Positions 25,336 through 32,000 of a DNA stretch of 32,000 nt are shown one piece after another. Position 1 is the stretch's first letter, and each line of letters opens with the position of its first letter. The notes beneath the pieces were generated by a model, which did no database searches, was not told where the DNA came from, and worked only from the letters and a program-made list of their open reading frames with translations. Origin of the DNA: Planctopirus limnophila DSM 3776 (GTDB taxonomy: Bacteria > Planctomycetota > Planctomycetia > Planctomycetales > Planctomycetaceae). Location: contig NC_014148.1 in NCBI RefSeq assembly GCF_000092105.1, forward strand, positions 4,710,001 through 4,742,000, written 5' to 3'. The position numbers and the translations under genes are program-made.

Positions 25336-27024
25336 TTATCGACCCAACAGCAGCAACTCGTTGGTCAGATCCTGGACTGAAGAAATCACTCGGGCATTCC
25401 CACGGTAATTGGTAGAGGCCACAATGAGATCGACGAGGTTGCGACCAATATCCGTGTTCGAAAGCTCAATCTTTCCTGAGGCAATCGTGCCCGCTCCGAA
25501 TGAACCCGGTGACACAATCTGAGGCACTCCGGAGCTGACACCCTCACGAAACGCCGTGCCACCCGCTTCGAGCAAACCATCCGAGTTGGCGAACCGGGCC
25601 AGTACCACCTGACCGAGTGAACGGATCAAGCCATTGTCAAAGATCCCGTTAATCAAACCCTGCTCATCAATCACATAGCTTTGCAACGTTCCAGGCTTGG
25701 AACCATTCTGATTGGAAAGGTTCAAAGCACTGCCCGATTGTGCAGACGAGATTCCACTGATCTGCGAAAGATCCATTTCAATCTGCATCGGGCTGACGGC
25801 GGCGGTATCCGAACGCTCGAGTGTGAACATCTGCGTCGTGTCACCCGTGATTTTTCCATCACTGTCGAAGGTGATCAGACCCGTACCAATCGCCACACCA
25901 GGTCGGCTGTCCTGAGCACTTTCCAGGAAGTAACGGAATGTCGTCGCTCCCGGCCCGCGGCTTTCCAGTACTGAGGTCATACGCACATTGACGGTTTGAC
26001 CCAGAGAGTCGTAGACGATGAATTCAGTCGCAGCACTCTCCCCATTGCTCGATTCCGACTTGGTAAAACTCAGGGGAACGACAGCACCGTTACTCTTGAT
26101 GTCTCCCGCAGTAATACTGATGTCGTTCTGGGTACCCGTATTGCCCACGACTTGAATTTGACCACCCGTAAGCGTCACTCCCGGTTGTCCGCCCGTTGTG
26201 GCATCGTTAGGTATCCCCGCACCACTCTGAATGCCGAGCGTGTTATTCATGAAGGTGACATAGTCGGCCAGGGTCGAAGTGGCAGTCACTGTGAACGTTT
26301 GCTCTTCGACAACTCGTCCCCCCTTGCGAGGTGCAAAAGTTAAAGTATTTCCGACATTGAAGTAGTTGGTTCCTCCCGCGTTCTCCACGTTGCTCAGTAA
26401 AGCGGTGCCCGTTGCGGGGAGTCCTGTGACACTGTCTGTCAGGACTTCACTGTTCACCAGAGCACCTTGAGTCGATAAGTCTCCTGCGGGAAACAGTGCT
26501 CCACCCATCGTGATTTGCGAAGTGCGCTGGGCGACGTTCAACTCACCCAGGGGAATCCGCAATGGTGACAATTGCGTCGTGACGATGTTGAATTCATCGT
26601 CAATCCCATAGCCTTGAACAAACTGGCCCTGATCGTTGACCAGATAACTGTCACTACTGCGAAGAAAGTTCCCGTTACGGGTGTAGGTCCTGCCGCTGGA
26701 ACCATCCATCACAAAGAAGCCTTCCCCTTGAATCGCCAGATCCGAAGCACTGGTGCTGTTCGAAAGGCTGCCCTGGGTAAAGTCTTTGCTGATGGCGGAA
26801 GTCGTCGCTCCGAGGCCCACCTGCCGAGGGTTACTTCCTCCATCAGTAGCAGTCGGTCGGGAACCAATCGACAGCGTACGAGCCAACTGAGTCTGAAAGC
26901 GAACGGTCGAAGCTTTGAAACCATTCGTACCGGCATTGGCAATATTGTTGCCAAGTACGTCAATGGTCACTTCATTGAGAGAAAGGCCGTTCAGCGACGT
27001 ATTCAGAGCAGAAGTCAGACCCAT
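25336..27024 (-). CDS. flgE: Flagellar hook protein FlgE
   Basis: The N-terminus MGLTSALNTSLNGLSLNEVTIDVLGNNIANAGTNGFK and C-terminus IELSNTDIGRNLVDLIVASTNYRGNARVISSVQDLTNELLLLGR are the conserved flagellar rod/hook terminal domains. I placed the start at ATG 27024. The 48-codon extension to 27168 is Arg/Cys-rich and looks non-coding. Confidence 0.9.
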   Translation of the reverse strand: MGLTSALNTSLNGLSLNEVTIDVLGNNIANAGTNGFKASTVRFQTQLARTLSIGSRPTATDGGSNPRQVGLGATTSAISKDFTQGSLSNSTSASDLAIQGEGFFVMDGSSGRTYTRNGNFLRSSDSYLVNDQGQFVQGYGIDDEFNIVTTQLSPLRIPLGELNVAQRTSQITMGGALFPAGDLSTQGALVNSEVLTDSVTGLPATGTALLSNVENAGGTNYFNVGNTLTFAPRKGGRVVEEQTFTVTATSTLADYVTFMNNTLGIQSGAGIPNDATTGGQPGVTLTGGQIQVVGNTGTQNDISITAGDIKSNGAVVPLSFTKSESSNGESAATEFIVYDSLGQTVNVRMTSVLESRGPGATTFRYFLESAQDSRPGVAIGTGLITFDSDGKITGDTTQMFTLERSDTAAVSPMQIEMDLSQISGISSAQSGSALNLSNQNGSKPGTLQSYVIDEQGLINGIFDNGLIRSLGQVVLARFANSDGLLEAGGTAFREGVSSGVPQIVSPGSFGAGTIASGKIELSNTDIGRNLVDLIVASTNYRGNARVISSVQDLTNELLLLGR

Positions 27025-27425
27025 CCCTGGCCCTTTCCTGAAAGTCTCCCTGACGGGTGGCTTCCACCGCGAATTCTGGCAGGCTCTTCCTGAGCCACCG
27101 CAGATGCACAACACTTGACGACGTCGTGCGTCTGTCAGCATATCGGTTCTTGAAAGTCGGCGAGGCAATACAGAATCGCCTCCTCGAACCCACCGGCGGG
27201 CGGTACGACCCTGCCTTCTGGACTATTCGGGATAACCCTCAAAGTTCACAGGCCAGGCACCCGAATGATGTCACTCAAACCGGCAGAAAATGCCGGCAAT
27301 CGCACTTCATTCCTAAAGATAAAATGAACATGGAACAGCAGTGAATGATAAAAATCGGCTGATTTCATGGACTTTTCCAAGTTATAGCCCTCGTTCTCTC
27401 ACCTCAACTGACTTAATTTGTTAGT

Positions 27426-29714
27426 ATGGCGAATCAACGATCGTTGGTCTGGGGGGTGTTGATGTATGTGCAAATTCTGAGTCTGCATGGGCTCGTGCGA
27501 GGCGACTCCATTGAAATGGGGCGCGACGCCGACACTGGCGGTCAAGTCCGTTATGTTCTCGATCTCGCAGTGGCTTTGGCAGAAGATCCGCGGATCACAC
27601 AGGTCGATCTGATTACCCGCCGATTACGAGGTCTCGCGACAGATGGACAACCTCTGGATGAGTCCTATTCTCGCGAAATCGAACCCCTCTCTCCTCGTTG
27701 CCGGATTGTGCGGATCTCCTGCACCGATGATCAATACGTCCGCAAAGAAGATCTCTGGCCGTATTTGGACGAATTCACGAAGTCATTAGAAGCCTTCACT
27801 CGCCAGCAACCCTGGCCATTGGCCTGGATTCATGGACACTATGCCGATGCCGGTGTCGTCGCCAGGAATCTGGCTCGCCAACTTCAAGTCCCGTTCCTGT
27901 TTACCGGCCATTCTTTAGGTAAGCCCAAACTGGACTATCTGGCCTCCGAAGGGTGGTCACACGAAAAAGCCAACCGCCTGCTGCACATTGATCATCGCAT
28001 TTCAGAAGAACAGTCCTGTCTTAATGCCGCTGATGCTGTCATTACCAGCACACTCCACGAGAAACTCTCCCAATATCAGGGGTATCAGATCCCCGAAGAA
28101 ACCATTGTCGAAGTCATTGCGCCAGGACTGGATCTCAAACGCTTCTTCCCCTACTACAACTACGAATTGCCGGGTGAAGAGATTGGCGAAGGCTTCAAAC
28201 AGGCTCGCAGTCGCATGCAGCGGCAACTGGCCCGCTTTCTGGCTGACCCTCAAAAAAAACTGATCCTCGCTCTCTGTCGCCCAGATCGTCGCAAGAATAT
28301 TCAATCCCTCATTCAGGCTTATGGCGAAAGCCCCGAACTTCGGGCCATTGCCAACCTCGCTGTCTTCGCAGGGATTCGTGAAGACATCAACACCATGTCC
28401 GGCAACGAACGTGAAGTCTTAACTGATATTCTCCTCTTAATGGATCGCTATGACCTCTATGGAAAAATGGCAATTCCCAAGCGGCATGATTCCGAACTTG
28501 ATGTTCCCGAACTGTATCGCCTGGCAGCCAGTGGTCGTGGAGTCTTCGTCAACTCCGCCTTTATCGAACTCTTCGGGTTGACCACGATCGAAGCCAGCGC
28601 GACGGGCCTGCCGTTTATCGCCACAGAAAATGGCGGTCCCCAGGATATCGTGGCTCTCTGCAATAGTGGCATTGTCCTCGATGTCACCGATCAACAAGCC
28701 CTGACGGCTGGTATTTTAAGATTGCTGACAGATGGCGACTTATGGAATGAATATAGTAACAATGGCATCCAGAATGTTCGCAGTCACTACGCCTGGAAGG
28801 CACATATCGAACACTATTTAAGAGTCATTTCCCGGATTCATCCTGGCTGGAACTCGATATCAGATTCTTTATCGAGTTCTGCGACCCTCAATCTGCCTTC
28901 ACAAAGCGATCATCCTTCCGGACGAACTGCGATCAATCGCTCGAGTCTCATGGAGAAGCTCGATCAGCGGCTGGAAAACGTCAGCGGGTTGCTGATCACA
29001 GATATCGACGGCACTTTGCTGGGTGATCGCGAATCGTTACAAGAATTACTCGATTGGATGGAAGCTCAGCAGGGCCAATGGATGCTCGGTGTCGCCACCG
29101 GGCGAGCACCTGCACTGGTGTACGAAGTTTGCCGGGAATGGAATGTCCCTTATCCTGAGATCATGATTGCCTCCGTCGGGAGTGAGATCGTATTGGGAGA
29201 TCAGCACGAGCATTGGCCCGAATGGTCGGATTGGCTGGGAGAATCCTGGCATCCTTCAAAAATTGCCGAACTCATCTCACGCACAGGCTGGCTGGTTCCA
29301 CAGACAGAGCCGCACTCCCAGCGGCCTTTCAAATTGAGTTATTTGACCACCAGGACCCTTTCCGCCGAGCAGGAACTGTTTCTCAAAGAACATTTATTCG
29401 CAGCAGGCTGCCCATGCCAGGTGATTGCCTCACATGGTCAATATGTAGATATCCTGCCCGAGCGCTCTGGCAAGGGGGCAGCTCTCGATTTCCTCATGAG
29501 CCAGATCTCTAGAAGCGATCTCCAGATTGTCGTTGCAGGGGATTCCTGCAACGACTGGGATCTGCTGAAAAGACCTTACTCAGCCATTGCCGTCGGCAAT
29601 TCTGAGCCCCTGCTCAAAGAGCGAATTCGACAGGAGCAGGCCGATGTCTATCTTGCTCAAAGGCATTTTGCAGCTGGCATCCTTGAAGGATTGTCTTACC
29701 TGGGATTGAGATAA
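27426..29714 (+). CDS. sps: Sucrose-phosphate synthase (GT4) with a C-terminal SPP-like HAD domain
   Basis: The SPS N-terminus is ILSLHGLVRGDSIEMGRDADTGGQVRYVLDLAVAL. The GT-B C-lobe reads FVNSAFIELFGLTTIEASATGLPFIATENGGPQDI. The HAD motifs are DIDGT (29001-29015) and GDSCND (29541 onward). The alternative start ATG 27462 (MYVQILSLHG) fits homologues better. Confidence 0.92.
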   Translation: MANQRSLVWGVLMYVQILSLHGLVRGDSIEMGRDADTGGQVRYVLDLAVALAEDPRITQVDLITRRLRGLATDGQPLDESYSREIEPLSPRCRIVRISCTDDQYVRKEDLWPYLDEFTKSLEAFTRQQPWPLAWIHGHYADAGVVARNLARQLQVPFLFTGHSLGKPKLDYLASEGWSHEKANRLLHIDHRISEEQSCLNAADAVITSTLHEKLSQYQGYQIPEETIVEVIAPGLDLKRFFPYYNYELPGEEIGEGFKQARSRMQRQLARFLADPQKKLILALCRPDRRKNIQSLIQAYGESPELRAIANLAVFAGIREDINTMSGNEREVLTDILLLMDRYDLYGKMAIPKRHDSELDVPELYRLAASGRGVFVNSAFIELFGLTTIEASATGLPFIATENGGPQDIVALCNSGIVLDVTDQQALTAGILRLLTDGDLWNEYSNNGIQNVRSHYAWKAHIEHYLRVISRIHPGWNSISDSLSSSATLNLPSQSDHPSGRTAINRSSLMEKLDQRLENVSGLLITDIDGTLLGDRESLQELLDWMEAQQGQWMLGVATGRAPALVYEVCREWNVPYPEIMIASVGSEIVLGDQHEHWPEWSDWLGESWHPSKIAELISRTGWLVPQTEPHSQRPFKLSYLTTRTLSAEQELFLKEHLFAAGCPCQVIASHGQYVDILPERSGKGAALDFLMSQISRSDLQIVVAGDSCNDWDLLKRPYSAIAVGNSEPLLKERIRQEQADVYLAQRHFAAGILEGLSYLGLR

Positions 29715-29774
29715 GATCTCTTGATCCATCACATCGTTTCATCTCCATGACAATGGCCCAGCCAGTGAAGGGAC

Positions 29775-31772
29775 ATGATCATGTCATCGCTACCAGAAGC
29801 TTCTCTCCCTCATCGTTCAACATCAGCACCACTCTCCGATGGAGAATTGCGTAAGCTGAAACTGCGACTCATTGACCGCATGCAGCGCCGATTCGGAGGC
29901 GACTTTCCCGATGGCGACTGGGATCTTCTCGAACGTCGTCTGCAAGAACAGCACCAGCTCCTATTTCAAAGTTTCTACCAGCTCTACGGCGACCGCTTTG
30001 ATTCGTTCTACCATCTCGAAGAACTGATGGCTGTCGTCTTTCGTTCGGTTCTTGAGCGACCTGCAGAACTCAAGGCGTTCGACGCTTTGCGAGAATCGGA
30101 TAAAGACTGGTATCTGGCACCACGACTCATGGGAGCCATGTGCTATGTCGATCTCTTCGCGGGAACGCTGCGAAATCTTGAAGCCAAAATTCCCTATCTG
30201 ATTGAACTGGGAATTACCTATCTTCACTTAATGCCTATTTATAAAGTTCATTCGACCGATTGCGATGGAGGGTATGCCGTCAGCGATTATCGCACGATCA
30301 ATCCCAGGTTCGGGACAATGGAAGATCTGGAGCATCTGGCAACGCAACTGCGCCGCCATGGGATTTCTCTCGTGCTTGATTTCGTGTTCAACCATACTTC
30401 CGATGAGCATCAATGGGCCCAACGAGCATTGAATGGCGAACGCGACTATCAGGATTATTATCTCTTCTTCAAAGATCGGGTTTTACCCGATCAATACGAA
30501 CGGACTTTAGTTGAAGTCTTTCCCGAGGAGCATCCCGGTGCATTCACATATCAGACAGCACTCGGCCAATGGGTCTGGACAACGTTTTATACTTCTCAAT
30601 GGGATCTCAATTATCGCAACCCCGAAGTGCTGGTGCGAATGCTGGACGAACTCCTGTTCCTTGCCAATCGAGGCGTCGAAATCGTTCGTCTGGATGCCAT
30701 TGCATTTATCTGGAAGGAATTAGGAACCAACTGCCAGAATCTCCCTCAGGCGCATACGATCGTCAGTGTGCTCAATGCTGCCACGCAAATTGCAGCACCT
30801 GCTGTGGTCTTCAAGTCCGAAGCGATTGTGCATCCTGATGAAGTCCGTACTTATATTCATCGTGCGGAATGCGTTCTCAGTTACAATCCGGAACTGATGG
30901 CACTTCTTTGGGAATCGTTGGCGACCCGAAATATCCGCACGTTACTCGCTTCTGTCAGAAAAAGATTTCCTCTCCCGGACGGTTGTGTCTGGGTGAACTA
31001 TATAAGAAGCCATGATGATATTGGCTGGTCGATCACCGACGAAGAAATCCGCGAGGCAGGCTATGACCCGGTTGCCCATCGACGATTTCTCACGCAGTTT
31101 TATACAGGTCGGGTCGAAGGTAGTTTTGCTGAAGGTGTCCCCTTTCAGGAGAATTCGAGTACAGGTGATGCCCGTGTTTCCGGGACATGTGCCTCATTAG
31201 CCGGTCTGGGAAAAGCCATTCGCAATCAGGATCCTGTCGAAATCGATCTCGCAATTGGCAGAGTGTTGCTGCTATATGGTGTCGTCATGACCATTGGTGG
31301 TATTCCGCTGATCTATTTAGGAGACGAGATCGGTTCGTTGAATGATGAAAGGTATTTAGACGATCCATTAAGAAAAGCGGATTCGCGTTGGATTCACAGG
31401 CCGCAATTCCCGTGGGAGCAGATGCAGGAGGTGGCCGATCATGATACTCCGGCTGCCCGCATTCATGACGGCATTCTGAAACTGGGGATCATCAGGCGAC
31501 AGAATCTGGCCCTGCGCCCCGGGAAAACGGAGTTTGTAGGGACAGGCAACGATCATGTTCTCGGTTACTTCCGCACGCATGCACAGGCCAGCGTACTGAT
31601 ACTTGCGAACTTCACAGAGCAGGTTGAAGCGGTGGAAGGCCGTATTCTTCGCGGATTAGGCTTACGGCGGACAGTCATCGATCAGGTTTCAGGGATGACA
31701 ATCTCTTCAGGAACGACGTTGGAACTCCAGCCGTATCAGTTCATGATTCTTGACCGTCAAGGAAGTCGATAA
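29775..31772 (+). CDS. ams: Amylosucrase (GH13)
   Basis: Similarity to Neisseria amylosucrase runs the full length: DLFAGTL..L..KIPYL.ELGITYLHLMP, DGGYAVSDYR, DFVFNHTS.EH.WAQ, QWDLNYRNP, VEIVRLDAIAFIWK (nucleophile Asp), FKSEAIVHPD (acid/base Glu) and IRSHDDIGW. Confidence 0.93.
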   Translation: MIMSSLPEASLPHRSTSAPLSDGELRKLKLRLIDRMQRRFGGDFPDGDWDLLERRLQEQHQLLFQSFYQLYGDRFDSFYHLEELMAVVFRSVLERPAELKAFDALRESDKDWYLAPRLMGAMCYVDLFAGTLRNLEAKIPYLIELGITYLHLMPIYKVHSTDCDGGYAVSDYRTINPRFGTMEDLEHLATQLRRHGISLVLDFVFNHTSDEHQWAQRALNGERDYQDYYLFFKDRVLPDQYERTLVEVFPEEHPGAFTYQTALGQWVWTTFYTSQWDLNYRNPEVLVRMLDELLFLANRGVEIVRLDAIAFIWKELGTNCQNLPQAHTIVSVLNAATQIAAPAVVFKSEAIVHPDEVRTYIHRAECVLSYNPELMALLWESLATRNIRTLLASVRKRFPLPDGCVWVNYIRSHDDIGWSITDEEIREAGYDPVAHRRFLTQFYTGRVEGSFAEGVPFQENSSTGDARVSGTCASLAGLGKAIRNQDPVEIDLAIGRVLLLYGVVMTIGGIPLIYLGDEIGSLNDERYLDDPLRKADSRWIHRPQFPWEQMQEVADHDTPAARIHDGILKLGIIRRQNLALRPGKTEFVGTGNDHVLGYFRTHAQASVLILANFTEQVEAVEGRILRGLGLRRTVIDQVSGMTISSGTTLELQPYQFMILDRQGSR

Positions 31773-31817
31773 ACTTGTTCTGGGGAAGACCATTTGACTG
31801 CCAGTAGGAGTGAGAAA

Positions 31818-32000
31818 GTGTTTGCGGGGAGGAACTGCAATCACATCGAGTTTCGTCCGTGTCAGGGCGATGAAATCAATCTGCTGCGTGAGTTGTTCGT
31901 GGCGGCTGTCATGGAGTTGACAGGTGGCGAATACTCGCTGGAGCAGCGAAGGGCCTGGGTATCGAGTGCAGCCGACAAAGTGGAATTCTGTGCCCGGATG
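31818..32000 (+). CDS. Probable GNAT-family N-acetyltransferase, 3' end outside the window
   Basis: GTG 31818 is preceded by AGGAG (31806-31810). The frame is open to the window end and reads IEFRPCQGDEINLLRELFVAAVMELTGGEYSLEQRRAWVSSAAD, like the N-terminus of YafP-like GNATs. It is absent from the ORF track because no stop lies in the window. Confidence 0.5.
   Translation, partial: MFAGRNCNHIEFRPCQGDEINLLRELFVAAVMELTGGEYSLEQRRAWVSSAADKVEFCARM

Noticed and set aside
27140-27146. CCGATAT on the minus strand, about 116 nt upstream of the flgE ATG, resembling the sigma-28 -10 box GCCGATAA.
   Set aside because: No TAAA-type -35 element lies at the expected spacing of about 15 nt, and a single 7-mer match is expected by chance. 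Planctomycete promoter consensus sequences are also poorly defined.
27025-27168. The 48-codon N-terminal extension of the flgE ORF.
   Set aside because: The conserved FlgE N-terminus (MGLTSALNTSLNGL) begins at ATG 27024. The extension (PRRLSRTDMLTDARRRQVLCICGG) does not look like flagellar axial-protein sequence.

Overview
The gene content points to a Planctomycetota chromosome: a sulfatase, DUF1573 and DUF1080 proteins, a GYF/DUF4190 membrane protein, a solitary flgE and a MoxR ATPase. Hand counts put most genes at about 55-60% G+C, with a few nearer 43-45%. I support 25 protein-coding genes, two of them cut by the window edges, and found no rRNA, tRNA, CRISPR array, integrase, transposase, phage gene or recognisable toxin-antitoxin or defence module. 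Most of the window is ordinary housekeeping or accessory metabolism: ppa, a glycerophosphodiesterase, Dus, a lactonase, an aldehyde dehydrogenase, a Ser/Thr kinase, a Wzx-like flippase, and a sucrose-phosphate synthase plus amylosucrase pair. I see no convincing self-contained novel system. The observations most worth a second look are these. (1) Two families of conserved palindromic intergenic elements: P1 with three copies, two of which bracket moxR, and P2, long compound hairpins at two convergent gene junctions. (2) An AT-richer gene for a divergent Cab-type beta-carbonic-anhydrase-like protein with a lysine-rich tail, tightly coupled to the aldehyde dehydrogenase. (3) A pentapeptide-repeat beta-helix fused to a 2-TM pore with a non-canonical filter. 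(4) A sulfatase-fold protein that has lost three conserved catalytic residues. All functional calls come from motif recognition by eye, with no database search run.
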